Assembly: GCF_052425735.1 (NCBI RefSeq)
Contig: NC_135762.1
Coordinates: 26,164,001-26,228,000, forward strand
Length of the DNA stretch: 64,000 nt
Direction: 5' to 3'
Source of the DNA: Oculina patagonica
Taxonomy: Eukaryota
Part shown: positions 37,922 through 50,076 of the stretch, piece by piece
Layout of the letters: each line of letters begins with the position of its first letter
How positions within the stretch are numbered: the first letter of the stretch is position 1
Program-made: the position numbers and the translations under genes
Notes under the pieces: model-generated
What the model was told of the DNA's origin: nothing
What the model saw: the letters and a program-made list of their open reading frames with translations, nothing else
Databases searched by the model: none

Positions 37922-38932
37922 TCAGGTCATGTTAAATTCTGCCATAGTAGTTGCAACTTTTCGTCGTCTGAACAAAGAACAGCGCAGAGTTAACAGTTGT
38001 ATAATTTCCCCTCTCACCTCCCTGTTAAAAGCGCCATAGAGTATTGGGCTCACTGCGGCCGTGCTTCCGACCACAATGCTGTAAAGCACATACACAAGGC
38101 GCGGCGCGAAATATTGTCCACAAAAAACTCCCATGAGATCAATGACATAGAATGGAGTCCAAGATAGCGTGTATGCAAACACCATAGCAAAGAGTATTTT
38201 CGTGATTCTTATATCCCTGGCGGATATTCTGTTACCGCTGGCTAGTCCTGTCTCGGGGCGCCTCAGTTGCGCGTTATGTATTTTCACTTTTTGGTAAATT
38301 TTGAAATACGAAAATGAGATGACGATGTATGGAAGTTGAATATTGAAGAAACCAGTTGGAATTGCGTGAACCAGATTCAACTTTTCCACATCGAAAATAC
38401 AGATTCCCTTGCCGGAATGGAACTCAAAACTGTTTCCAAGAAGGACGTATGACAAAGGAAAATTTGCCGCCAAGATCCACGACACAGCGATCGATATGTA
38501 AACGTTCCTTCTTGTAAAGTATCTCCGATGAAGGTTCGATTTGACCATGAGGAAGTATCGATTTATCGCTATTAAAGCCATGGCATAAATAGACCCGGTC
38601 GCTAGCATAGCCGTTGCAAAACCTACAAATTGGCAAGACTCGTCACCAAATGTCCATTTTCCAGTGATAACCACGTTTGGAAGAAAAATCAATACGCAAA
38701 AAGATATTATCAACTCGAAGGCGCATAAAGAAACGATGAAATAGTTAGAGACAGTTCTAAGCGAAGGAGTTTTGGATATGGCCAACGATACCAGGAAGTT
38801 GCCAGCCAGTCCGATCAGACCCACTAGAAGTACCACAGTGAATTCTATAAAGATCTCGGCTTTGCTTCTTGTTGCTAGTTGTAAAGCGAATTCTTCAGTC
38901 AAGTTCTGCTGAGTTTTATCACCCTTGCACAT
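37922..38932 (-). CDS. Class A GPCR, melatonin-receptor-like, paralog B (336 aa)
   Basis: Intact ORF closely similar to paralog A; AINRY, SPILY. Confidence 0.92.
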   Translation of the reverse strand: MCKGDKTQQNLTEEFALQLATRSKAEIFIEFTVVLLVGLIGLAGNFLVSLAISKTPSLRTVSNYFIVSLCAFELIISFCVLIFLPNVVITGKWTFGDESCQFVGFATAMLATGSIYAMALIAINRYFLMVKSNLHRRYFTRRNVYISIAVSWILAANFPLSYVLLGNSFEFHSGKGICIFDVEKLNLVHAIPTGFFNIQLPYIVISFSYFKIYQKVKIHNAQLRRPETGLASGNRISARDIRITKILFAMVFAYTLSWTPFYVIDLMGVFCGQYFAPRLVYVLYSIVVGSTAAVSPILYGAFNREVRGEIIQLLTLRCSLFRRRKVATTMAEFNMT

Positions 38933-39030
38933 TTTAATTTGTTTCTCCTCCTGTATTTTAACGCGATCTGTTTGAAAAAAGCAAAGTAAAGGTATAAGAT
39001 TACTGTAAGTGACAAAATAACTTGAATTGC

Positions 39031-40125
39031 TGTAGGAGCATATTTTGGGATTATTTTAAAAATATATTTCTTAATACGCGCTCGAGCGTTAAGATTATTT
39101 ATTTATCTGCGGAAAACAAGAATTTCAATTATGAGTCAAGTGTGAGCTCGCGTTTGAACTAGGTGAGAACTGACTCACGTCGCAGATTGCTTTAAGATTA
39201 TCCTTCAGCTTTATCTACTTTTCCGTAGCTACTGAATGGTTGCTCATAAATGTAGCTTGTTAAAAGGAATCCTTGTTTCGACCTTTTACTTCATCTTTAA
39301 CTTTAAAAATAATTTCGGTTAACCGCTACTGTACACTTTAAGACTTAGGAAACACGAACACTTAGCTTTAGAAAAGATATTTATCAAGCTTAAAATCTGC
39401 TTTCTATTGTAGCTTATTGTAAAACTTATTGCTTTCCGCAAGAGGTGTTTTCAGCGGCGATAATGCAAGATAACTAATTTTGCCGAAACGAACTATTTGA
39501 TTAAGTTGCGGAATCGTTCGCACTTTTACAGCTCAACCTCGCATATTGATAAGTTCTACAGTTCTCATTAAAAACTAAATTCGCTCGCAAGAGTTTACAC
39601 CTTCGAGTTTTCGTGTTCGCAGGTGATTTGCTTTTTGCTGAATTTCATATAGATTTTCGTTAGTAAACTAAAATATTTTAACAACACTAGCTTCGTTGAG
39701 TTACTAGCTTTCGATCTAGCCGATTGTTTTTCTGTAAGGAATTTTAGTTCCTAAGATATTTCTTACTTTGCAAAAATTTTCACTAACAAAGGAAACATTA
39801 CATCATTTCGGTTTCCTTTGCTCTCGGAAGTTAGAACATCTGAAAACACCTTACTTTCGCATATGAATAGCACGGAAACTTGTGAAAAGTAATTTATTTT
39901 AGTATTTTCCTTTAAATAGAGCTGCCTTGTAGCTCTCGATGATTCATAATCAGTAACAATCAGAGTCATAACCAGAGATGTAATAAGAAACAACACACGA
40001 CGAATGACTCTGGACACTCTCAACTACGCTAAAGTGAGAACTTGTAGCAGAAGTACAACCCAGAATTAAACGCTGTTAACCGAAGACCTTTGGCTCTTTC
40101 ATCTTACTTAATCTGTCCCGCTACA
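39031..40125 (+). repeat. 5' LTR
   Basis: TGTAGG..CTACA; I could see only 3 differences from the 3' LTR. Confidence 0.95.
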
Positions 40126-40662
40126 GATCTGGTTGGAGAACTCCGCGGTAGACGACCTCCGGTACCTCCCGCAACGAGCAATCCTCCTCTCGACTACAAG
40201 CACATCAGCAGAACGTCAAGAAAATCGTACAACAACAATAAAAGATGGTTAGTACCTTTCCCGAAACGAAACTGCAGGATGCTGTGAGTACAAAACTGAA
40301 CTGTGTAATCATGGTATAGAAAATTCAAGCCAGAAAAAAAAAACTTAAAAAAAAAATAGAAAAAATAAGACAGTATAGATTTTGTTTCGTTAAGTAGTAC
40401 TACCTTTTCTGCCAAATGTTCAAGTCATAGCGTGCGTTTAGCGAGATTAATTAATAACAGAATGCCTACGAAGTTTCATATGATGTTGTTTCAATGCTCT
40501 TTTCAACGCCTGCATGCCTGTTTAGTTATCTTTATTTCTTTTCTATTTTCGTCTTTTCTTTCGAGTACCAAACTGTTTTTCAAACAAAAATCCGAAATCG
40601 CTTACGCAAGCTGTTAAGTAGTCAAGGAACATTTCGGCTAAGAATTGTTAGATTCGGAAAGC

Positions 40663-42432
40663 ATGGCCGTGAGTTACGAAGAGTTCGAATTAGATGGTAT
40701 TCCGATACCTTATTTTTCCGGTGACTCGGACGAAGATGTCAAACAATTTTTGTGGCAGTTTAATGGGGTTACAAATTTTTATCAGTTTTCCGACGCACAG
40801 AAAGCCGAGCTGTTACCGTTATTGTTAACAGGGAATGCGAAAGTATGGAGAAATTCAATTGCTGATTTAGACACAATGACTTTCGAACAGCTTTGCAAAG
40901 CGCTCGTTGAACAGTTTCATACAGAAGCAGATATTTTGCTGTTGGAGCAGAAGCTTTCAAATAGGAAACAGCTACCTGGTGAAACTGTAGTGCAGTTTGC
41001 ATGTGAGATTCGAAAGCTCTGTCTGCGCCTGGATATATCAAATGATCGGACTATGAGGCTTTATTTTGTAAACGGCCTGCGACCAGAATTAAAACGTTAT
41101 GTCTTTCTACAGCAACCAAAAACCTTTTCAGAGGCAGAATCACTCGCCAGATTAAAAGAGGCGCTACCCGAAGAAAGGCCAGTAGACAGTACAATTGAAA
41201 TTCTTAGGGCAATCGCACAATTACCGCAAAATGCTACAGGCATCCAATCAGAAGTAACAGCTTATGATCCAACACCTTACAATAACAGCAATGATAATAG
41301 AGGACCAATTTTTCAGAATGATAAACCCCTCGGCAGGGAAGAGGTTGGTCAAATAGTTGCTCAGGAGATACACAATATACAAGAAGAGAGTATTCAAAAT
41401 TACAGAAGCATAAAAACTTTTAATAACAGGCTGATTTGTAATTATTGTGGGAAACAAGGTCATGTTTCTTCTGTCTGTTGGAAACGTCAATATGACGAGC
41501 AAAGTAGCTATTCCAGAACTAGGCCATCTCAAAACAGGCAATACGACACAAACACAAGGCGCTCGCATCCAGTAGAACGGCACAGGCGCAAGGAAAGGGT
41601 AAACGTGAAAATAACACCAACTCGGCACATGTTGTCCAATCATACAAAACTAGAAAATTTAGATAAAAATGTGTCAAGTGAAACTGAACAAAAGATCGTT
41701 GACTTAAATGCTTCCATCGAGGAAGAGAAAAACATTTTGCTTGTGGACAAAGAGAGAAAAACTTGTTCTAGTACGACTACAGACAATAATATTGAGGCAA
41801 ATATAACAAACAATGAACAAATGAATGGCGAAAAAGGCTCCTTTCATCATGAAGTTGAAATTGTGGAAAAGATTAAATCAGAAAACTCAGACACATTTAA
41901 GCTTATAGACGATGAACAAAAGGAAATCTGGTTTCTAGAGAATAATGAAATAAATGAAATAGAGATATCAAAGGAAAATTTTTCAGAAGATTCAGCAGAT
42001 CATGATGAAGTCGAAGCTAACTTAAAAGAGAGCCATGAAGATTACATACAAATTGAAGAACAGACATTAGATTTCGTAGTGGTACACCCTCTGCAAGTTC
42101 AGATTTACGAAACGAGCCAAATCCTATATGAAGACCATGAAGTTTATTGTCGACAAATATCACTAGAGACAGCAGACACAGGAAAAAATGAATTTATTAC
42201 AGAAGGCAACAGTAATCGCAGTATTCAGCAAATTGGTGCCAAAGATGTTTTGTCTCACGATGTAAAAGGATTAACGTCGTTATGCCTAAATTCCTTGAAA
42301 TTCATTCATTTCTTTATTTTCTTCATGTTAAAATTCATGAAGGTGTTTCCACCACCTTACACATTCAGGATACCCCGAAAACGGAAACCACCTGATAAAT
42401 TTTATTCAGCTGACTTCTCAGTTTGGGCTTAA
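40663..42432 (+). CDS. gag: Retrotransposon Gag with CCHC knuckle and extended acidic/hydrophobic tail (589 aa)
   Basis: ATG at 40663. IPYFSGDSDEDVKQFL, LLTGNAKVW, RKQLPGETVVQF, FVNGLRPEL, PKTFSEA, CNYCGKQGHVSSVC. Confidence 0.88.
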   Translation: MAVSYEEFELDGIPIPYFSGDSDEDVKQFLWQFNGVTNFYQFSDAQKAELLPLLLTGNAKVWRNSIADLDTMTFEQLCKALVEQFHTEADILLLEQKLSNRKQLPGETVVQFACEIRKLCLRLDISNDRTMRLYFVNGLRPELKRYVFLQQPKTFSEAESLARLKEALPEERPVDSTIEILRAIAQLPQNATGIQSEVTAYDPTPYNNSNDNRGPIFQNDKPLGREEVGQIVAQEIHNIQEESIQNYRSIKTFNNRLICNYCGKQGHVSSVCWKRQYDEQSSYSRTRPSQNRQYDTNTRRSHPVERHRRKERVNVKITPTRHMLSNHTKLENLDKNVSSETEQKIVDLNASIEEEKNILLVDKERKTCSSTTTDNNIEANITNNEQMNGEKGSFHHEVEIVEKIKSENSDTFKLIDDEQKEIWFLENNEINEIEISKENFSEDSADHDEVEANLKESHEDYIQIEEQTLDFVVVHPLQVQIYETSQILYEDHEVYCRQISLETADTGKNEFITEGNSNRSIQQIGAKDVLSHDVKGLTSLCLNSLKFIHFFIFFMLKFMKVFPPPYTFRIPRKRKPPDKFYSADFSVWA

Positions 42433-43406
42433 AGACTTGTTTGAATGTCTCCAGGGTGTTTGCTTACTCGAAAGAAATAACGAAGGCAACAGATACACTC
42501 TCGGAAATTTTTCAGGCTTGAATCGTGGCCCGAATTGACGAGACAGAGCATCAGGATAAGCATCATGATAATATGACTTAGCATTCTTATGATGCATGAT
42601 ATGATCATGATGACATTTTCCAATATAAGTTTTTCGTATTTTAAAATTATTTAGTGAAAGTAGTTACCTTCAGTCTAGCTAGTTCTATAAACACTCAACT
42701 GGCTTGATTTTCTCATAACCTTGATATTAAACTCACTTTACCGCCACGGATGTCAACCAAGTAGACTCACACCCTCTCAAGCTAACAAGAACAAGACGCG
42801 CACATTCCCTACGCCACACAGTGGAACACTTAGTGAACTGAGTTCAGCTCATTATCTAGGGGCAAACAAATCATTGGCACAAGACGCACAAAAGACACAA
42901 ATCATGATGGAAAAACGCATACGATGGTGAGGCTCTATGATTCCTAGCCTCTTGACGCACATTTGTCTCAAACAGCACTCTTGAAGCGTAACGTTATTGA
43001 TTTGAGGAAACAACAAGCTTCTCCAAGAAACACGAAGAAGCACTGCAGAGCAATACAAGTGACAATAGTTTTCGCAACTAGAAATTTCTTCACATCCATG
43101 AAAACAAGCTTGTCGACATTGAAAGTGCGAAAACAGTGCCTGTCTGCCTGAATCAGAGCGACCAGCCACTAATTTTGAGGTGTGCATCAATCATCATTGG
43201 AGCCATAATGAAGAATCTCATGGACTATCAAGTGAACAAGAACCTTCCAGCTGAACTTTGTAACACTTAACTTTTACTACCTTCAACTAAATTATTGTAT
43301 TAATGATCATTTATTTATTATTCACTATGTGGTAGTTTAGACGTAATCGTATGTTTTTGATTATTTTAGTCGCCGGGAGGCGACTTACTTAAAAAGGGGA
43401 ATAATA

Positions 43407-44501
43407 TGTAGGAGCATATTTTGGGATTATTTTAAAAATATATTTCTTAATACGGGCTTGAGCGTTAAGATTATTTATTTATCTGCGGAAAACAAGAATT
43501 TCAATTATGAGTCAAGTGTGAGCTCGCGTTTGAACTAGGTGAGAACTGACTCACGTCGCAGATTGCTTTAAGATTATCCTTCAGCTTTATCTACTTTTCC
43601 GTAGCTACTGAATGGTTGCTCATAAATGTAGCTTGTTAAAAGGAATCCTTGTTTCGACCTTTTACTTCATCTTTAACTTTAAAAATAATTTCGGTTAACC
43701 GCTACTGTACACTTTAAGACTTAGGAAACACGAACACTTAGCTTTAGAAAAGATATTTATCAAGCTTAAAATCTGCTTTCTATTGTAGCTTATTGTAAAA
43801 CTTATTGCTTTCCGCAAGAGGTGTTTTCAGCGGCGATAATGCAAGATAACTAATTTTGCCGAAACGAACTATTTGATTAAGTTGCGGAATCGTTCGCACT
43901 TTTACAGCTCAACCTCGCATATTGATAAGTTCTACAGTTCTCATTAAAAACTAAATTCGCTCGCAAGAGTTTACACCTTCGAGTTTTCGTGTTCGCAGGT
44001 GATTTGCTTTTTGCTGAATTTCATATAGATTTTCGTTAGTAAACTAAAATATTTTAACAACACTAGCTTCGTTGAGTTACTAGCTTTCGATCTAGCCGAT
44101 TGTTTTTCTGTAAGGAATTTTAGTTCCTAAGATATTTCTTACTTTGCAAAAATTTTCACTAACAAAGGAAACATTACATCATTTCGGTTTCCTTTGCTCT
44201 CGGAAGTTAGAACATCTGAAAACACCTTACTTTCGCATATGAATAGCACGGAAACTTGTGAAAAGTAATTTATTTTAGTATTTTCCTTTAAATAGAGCTG
44301 CCTTGTAGCTCTCGATGATTCATAATCAGTAACAATCAGAGTCATAACCAGAGATGTAATAAGAAACAACACACGACGAATGACTCTGGACACTTTCAAC
44401 TACGCTAAAGTGAGAACTTGTAGCAGAAGTACAACCCAGAATTAAACGCTGTTAACCGAAGACCTTTGGCTCTTTCATCTTACTTAATCTGTCCCGCTAC
44501 A
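43407..44501 (+). repeat. 3' LTR
   Basis: Follows the PPT, ends CTACA, then the TSD. Confidence 0.95.
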
Positions 44502-47500
44502 TTGCTTTTAAAATTTTACAACAAAACACAAAACAAGGCCAATATTGAAAACCACAAATTGTTGGTTCTTTCATAAAAATGAAAAAGCCTGGTAAAATTA
44601 AAGGCTTTTTTACCTAACAAGTATTCTTGATTAAAGGGGTGCCGTTATCCAATCTCTTTCACATTTTTTTTGGTTAGTAGTCATCACCAAAAGCCGAGTA
44701 GGTTGGTCACCTTTGACAAAAAAAGCTCTCTGAGAACGACTGATCATCCATCAAAAGTTTGTCGCGTTTTGCGCAAACTCTGTTTTGCGACTGTTTGAAT
44801 GTAATTTGTTTTTTCGCAAAAGGTGGCCTATAAATTATAATCCTGATATAGCTAATACCTAGTTGGTCGGTTGTATAGTTGCAACTGAATACGGTATGAA
44901 AGCGAGGCAAATTTTTCTTTGTATTGTCCCTCGCTTTCATGCTGCATTCGCTTCATTACGCACCAAATGTGGAAAGTCCCGGCCTGATGTGGGAAGTCGA
45001 TATCCGAGTCTTAATTTCTTCCTTGTAGCGTAATGGCATACACCAGGAGCCAATTGTTCGATATTGGAAGCGTTTCTCAAGCACCGCATAATGTCTTGGC
45101 ATAATCAATTCATAATCAATTTAAATTCTCTTTGTCGATAAGCTTTCCCTCTGATAAAGGTGGCTCTGCTCGATTGTTTTGACTGCCGCGAACGCATTAA
45201 GAACATGCTCTTATCATGGTTTTGGCCGGCGCTTGCTTTTAGAATTTGTTTTGTATTTTTAAACTGTTTTAATAAAAACATGTTAGTATGGCGGATATCT
45301 TAGCGGAAGAGTTACAGAATACGTGTATAAAAAATGAACTAATGATGACAACGCATACGCTCTGCATTTTAAATAGTATTTTCTAAATTTGCTCCTTTAC
45401 GATAGATTTGCAAAATTGGCTTCGCAATATTGTACTTATTTCAAATTTTGGAACCCTCTTACGCTATCAAGTTAGGCTACGAAAACGATGAAGTGGCTCC
45501 TAAATTTAGCAAAAAAGTAGGTTGTCACCATTACAGAAAATAAAGTTTGGAAATTTTCTCCCTCTTTTTACGATCAACTTAATTAAGTAAACGAGAAGAC
45601 TAAAATATGAAAATTATTCATAATCAACTACAACCAGAAAAGGACAGTTATACTGACTCTGAAATTATATACATGCCTTACTTGTGTGCTAATCAAGACG
45701 GAACGAATTTTTTAAAAAAAATGTTTTAAATACGTTTCTCGCTGGGACGTCAGTGTTTCAGTGATTCTCAATTTTTCAAATAATTATCCTCTCCCCTATA
45801 ACGCAGTCAAGGTGACAAAGATAGTCAAAAGCCTTTTCTAGTTCGCAGTTGAAAGCGTTAATTCAAAGTCACTTGCAAATTGATTTCTTTTATCAAATGA
45901 ATGACGAAATTTTGAAATGTTGTTTACGTTGTTGTTTGACCACCTTTCATGTTACGGAAAGTCAAAATCATGCATGCTCTATCGTAAGTTAACCCCTAAT
46001 ACAGAACCCCTTTTATTAGAGACTTAGGTTTGTTTTTGGTTCCAGTTCAGTCTAAACAGAAGCCATTATAGTAATCAGAATAGGCTTATCCCCAATAAGA
46101 GTTAAATCCTGGTCCAAAGAGTGTTTGTTTTAAGCAAAATTCCGTCGCCTTTCTAATTGATTTTTTCCACTAAAGCACCATATAGAATTAATTAAAAAGC
46201 ATATAAAATCAGGCTTGAGTTCTACGCTCCAAATTATTCTATATACGCACGTTTGCATTGAGTCCGATCAGAAGAATTTCTCATGATTTATTAGAGTACG
46301 GGATAATTCAAAATGGTCCAAAATATATTCTGCCATCTCAAGTTGACATGCAGACCCGTTTTCCGGGATCGGAGGGCTTTGTCATTCCAAAAATTGCAAG
46401 CTTAATCTTGATCTATTTTGATGTTTCAATTTTAAGATCATCACTTAAAACCATTTTACTTACCTTATCCTATTTCGCCTTCCGAAAATCCTTGTCGATT
46501 TCAGACGCGTGCTTTAATCAGTGAAATATATCCAAAGTGAATCGAACGCGTCCTCGCATTCAGCGTATTTAAAACTACTTGAATTGTATTTCTCCTCTGT
46601 ACCTCCGTTTCTCGGGGCCTCATTAATTTTTGATCATTGAAAAGCTCAACAAATTTTAATTACGTGCTATAATCGTTTGACGTCGTAGTGATGCCTTGAA
46701 CCAAAATAAAAATGATTAATTCGTAGTCCACTCTGCTTTCAAACACCTGTCACGAACGGCTATTATATTACATGACTGTTGCTAGCTTGACCAAATTAAA
46801 ATGACAGTTAACAATGGTAATCAGAAAAGAAAAAAAAGAAGAAATCAGAAACGGATTTAAACGCCATGTACATGTCACTGAGCGATCCTTCTCTGGACAA
46901 CACAACGATACAATTTTAAAACAAACCGATCCTTCAAAGAAATTGTTGCTCTTTCTACTTTTCGTTTTGTTAATATCGTCATTTATAATTTAATATTACT
47001 CATTGAGCAAAACCAGTGGGGCTTATGAAAATAATAAATTTGTTGAATCTATATTTTGTGTTGTTTACACACCATACCTTGTGTTGTGCTTTATAAAATG
47101 AAAAGGAGTACTTTGAATACATTCTTTAAAATGTTAATTTTTTTACAGTTTTCGTGAAATCTTTGTGTTTATCCATTATTCCGTCTAAATATTTTTTGGA
47201 AATTACATGTAACGTCCGCATACTGATCTATACTGGTCTGTGATAATTTTATAATTTTGTGCTAGACCACTGACAGCCGAATCTTAAGTCTTGGCCAATT
47301 TCAACCCTTACAATGCCATCATTTGTACGTTGGCAACTGAAAAGCATTTGGCTTGAAATGAGAATCAAATTGGTGATGAGAGTTTGACTTGAGAAACAAA
47401 CTGTTCTTTTTTGTTAACATTTAGTTGACGTCTTTAAGCTGGCCTTTTCACTGTTTACCCAATCAGAAATTGAGTCTGAGAGGCGGAGCTGACAGGAGTA

Positions 47501-47737
47501 AAGCCGCCAATGATGTCGTGTACGCGTAATGTTATCTCATTTTTGATTGGCTGAGAAACTAGTTTGGAAAACCGAATAAACATATTTCGAAACCTTTATA
47601 GAATCCTGGGGTTCTTACCATCTCATTAACAAAAAATCCCGAAAATTTCGGTTGGAAAACAAAGGGAACTCAACAGTTATTGTCCGGAAAATCCGTTCGA
47701 AAATTGTGAACCACGTTTTAAGATAGTCCTGTGATTC

Positions 47738-47961
47738 CACAGTCAGGGGAATAAGTGCCAGTTTTGGCAAATCTTCGTTGAAGCACTCGAAGGATTTCCG
47801 AATCATTTCATCCAATCAAAAAACTAGCGCGAGCGCTCACGAGTATGTACTCCGAAAGCCGTCGCGCGTATAAATACGTCATGTTGCTTAGCAACTTCTG
47901 GGACGAAAACCGCGGGCTCAGTCACTTCTCGCCATCAACTGGCACTTGTTTTCCCTGACTG
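47738..47961. mobile_element. MITE
   Basis: ACAGTCAGGGGAATAAGTGCCAGTT / AACTGGCACTTGTTTTCCCTGACTGT. Confidence 0.7.
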
Positions 47962-48214
47962 TCCGGTTGATACGATCCATCGGAGAATTCTGTTCTATTT
48001 GTTTATTTCTTCCGTTTCCAGTCTCCTATCAAGGGAAAACAATAACCAGAAACTGAATTATTAATTATATTTTTTATATTAAATAAATAAATAAAATAAA
48101 ATAAATAAGAAATCTTTATTTCGCCCATTAAAATGCATAACAAACGTTACAGTACAAATCGTAAAAATCGCGCAATTTACATATAACGTTTTCTAAGATA
48201 TCACACTATATTGC

Positions 48215-48354
48215 ATAGAGTGTTTTCATGGCAGCCATGTTGGAGGAGTCAAACAATAAAATATGTTTGCATAAAAAATGATTTTTATTTTTTCCCAAAG
48301 GAAAATCATTTTATTGTTTCGCTCCTCCAATATGGCCGCCATGAACACACTCCA
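48215..48354. mobile_element. Small MITE abutting the stop codon of GPCR C
   Basis: Near-palindromic: GAGTGTTTTCATGGCAGCCATGTTGGAGGAG / CTCCTCCAATATGGCCGCCATGAACACACTC. Confidence 0.7.
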
Positions 48355-48359
48355 TAAAT

Positions 48360-49385
48360 TTATTTTTCTTTATTGTCTTGTATTGCGTTTTTCCTGTTTA
48401 TAACATGTACTCTAATTGGTGGCACTACTCGATTTGAATTATTCCCACCAATTTTACCAAGAATCCTTTTAAATTCGGTTTTAAAGTCACGATTGAAAAA
48501 TGCATACACGATTGGATTCGCAGCGCTGTTAACACCGACCATATAGGAATAGAGCTGGTAAATTTGACGAGGGAAAATGTACTGGCCAGTAAACATTTCT
48601 GTGGTGTCAACAACTAACAGAGGAAGCCAACAAAATACATAAACAACCACAACGGCGAATAAAAGTTTAGTTACGTTCAAATCTTTTGCTGAAATCCTTG
48701 GAGAATTGTCTTGTCTGTGATTCAGATTTGCATTGTGATTCCGAATCGTTCGAAAAATTCTAAAATAACTGAAAGCGATTGTATTGAAGGTAAAGATCGC
48801 AAATGTTATGTTTACAGCAAGTCCTTCCGCAAGACTCACTTGATCGAGGTCGTAAATACAGCAAAATTTGCCAGGATGATAGCTGAAGACTCCCTTCACT
48901 AGAAAATAAACCGGCCAGGCCAAAGCGATCAGCCAGGCAAGTAGCAAAGACATCAAGACGGGCTTCACTTTAAAATAAGCTCTGTACTGGTTGGGGCGCA
49001 CAACTTTAAAATAACGATTTACAGAAGTTAATGTCAGGATCAGAATCGATGCTGATCCAAGAGTTGTCGCCGTGTAACCGTGATACGCACATGAGACTTC
49101 GTTGAAAGGCCAGCGGCCCGCGATCAAGACGCTAAGAGACAGCGGCATTACAAGAATTGACATGAGCAGATCTGTCAGTGCTAAGGCCGTGACGTAGTAG
49201 TTTGGCGTAGTGCGCAGTCGCGGATTGCACTTTACTGCCCATAGAACCAAAGAGTTGCCTAGAAACGCGGTCAGCATGACGAAAACCAGTGGAAAGCTTT
49301 CCAGCGCGGTTCGTAGGGGTCCTCTTTGAGCAATAACGAGCGCCATTCGTAAGGCCTCATTTCTGTTACCATCGTGATTAAGCAT
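48360..49385 (-). CDS. Class A GPCR, melatonin-receptor-like, paralog C (about 341 aa)
   Basis: Likely ATG at 49385 (MLNHDGN), which aligns with the A/B N-terminus; GN, LALTD, SVNRY, CWLP, NPIVY; YHPGKFCC parallels FHSGKGIC in A/B. Confidence 0.9.
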   Translation of the reverse strand: MLNHDGNRNEALRMALVIAQRGPLRTALESFPLVFVMLTAFLGNSLVLWAVKCNPRLRTTPNYYVTALALTDLLMSILVMPLSLSVLIAGRWPFNEVSCAYHGYTATTLGSASILILTLTSVNRYFKVVRPNQYRAYFKVKPVLMSLLLAWLIALAWPVYFLVKGVFSYHPGKFCCIYDLDQVSLAEGLAVNITFAIFTFNTIAFSYFRIFRTIRNHNANLNHRQDNSPRISAKDLNVTKLLFAVVVVYVFCWLPLLVVDTTEMFTGQYIFPRQIYQLYSYMVGVNSAANPIVYAFFNRDFKTEFKRILGKIGGNNSNRVVPPIRVHVINRKNAIQDNKEK

Positions 49386-49802
49386 TGTGCTGTTGGTTTT
49401 TTTGTTGTTCGCTGTTGGAGTACTTTTGGACTGTGGAGCTATAAAGAAGAGGGTCACGTGATTAATAGCAGGCTGTTTGACTATCAGCATTCCATCGTAA
49501 GAAAAAAGATGGCGGCTGTACATTTTACCACAATACCTTGCGAACCTAACATAGCCAATAGGAACATGGAAAGCCACATTTTTTCCCGAAATTTGTCCCT
49601 GAACTAACAACAATGCGTATGCCAGGTTTGAAGATTTTAGAACTTATGTGTGCGTTGTTATAAGCGTTTTAGGTTTTTAGTGCGCTAAAAATTATGGGTA
49701 AATGTACCAGTCGCCATCTTTTTGCCTGCAGTGGATTAAATTTGCATTTTTAATTAGAGCTTACCGATTTTTGCATACGTTTACAGCTTAGTACGCCGGT
49801 AC

Positions 49803-50076
49803 TAAAGGTCGGCACGCACTACGGGACTTGTCGCAGGGACTTGCCTCGGGGACCAGTCCCCTTGTGTGTACTCGTATTTTGCATCGAATTTCTAGTCGTA
49901 TAGGACCACATTTTTGGTCCCTGCGACTAGTCCCACTTATTAAGCTGGTTTGATTTCTGGGACTAGTCGCAGGGACCAATAGCCCCACAAGTCGGTCAAT
50001 TTTCTAGTGTACACACTAAGGGATAAGCCCCTGCGACTATTCCCTGCGATTAGTTCCCTAGTGTGTGCCTAGCTTT
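49803..50076. mobile_element. MITE with GTCGCAGGGAC / CCCTGCGACTA internal repeats
   Basis: Inverted ends AAAGGTCGGCACGCACTA / TAGTGTGTGCCTAGCTTT. Confidence 0.6.

Larger units (their letters stand above)
39031..44501 (+). mobile_element. Intact non-autonomous gag-only LTR retrotransposon (Ty3/Gypsy-like)
   Basis: 1095-bp TG..CA LTRs at 39031-40125 and 43407-44501; 4-bp TSD TTGC; PBS-like TGGTTGGAGAA at 40130; PPT AAAAAGGGGAA at 43391; empty site at about 29049 in unit A. Confidence 0.95.

Noticed and set aside
42429-43190. Small ORFs (antisense hydrophobic and Cys-rich) or a chromodomain/env relic in the LTR element
   Set aside because: Short or stop-interrupted with no convincing motif; would need HMM evidence or conservation across copies.
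27941-49385. Opsin identity for the GPCRs
   Set aside because: No lysine at the TM7 Schiff-base position.
49386-49613. 76-aa N-terminal extension of GPCR C
   Set aside because: Non-ATG start; the paralogs align from about 49385 and the region looks promoter-like.
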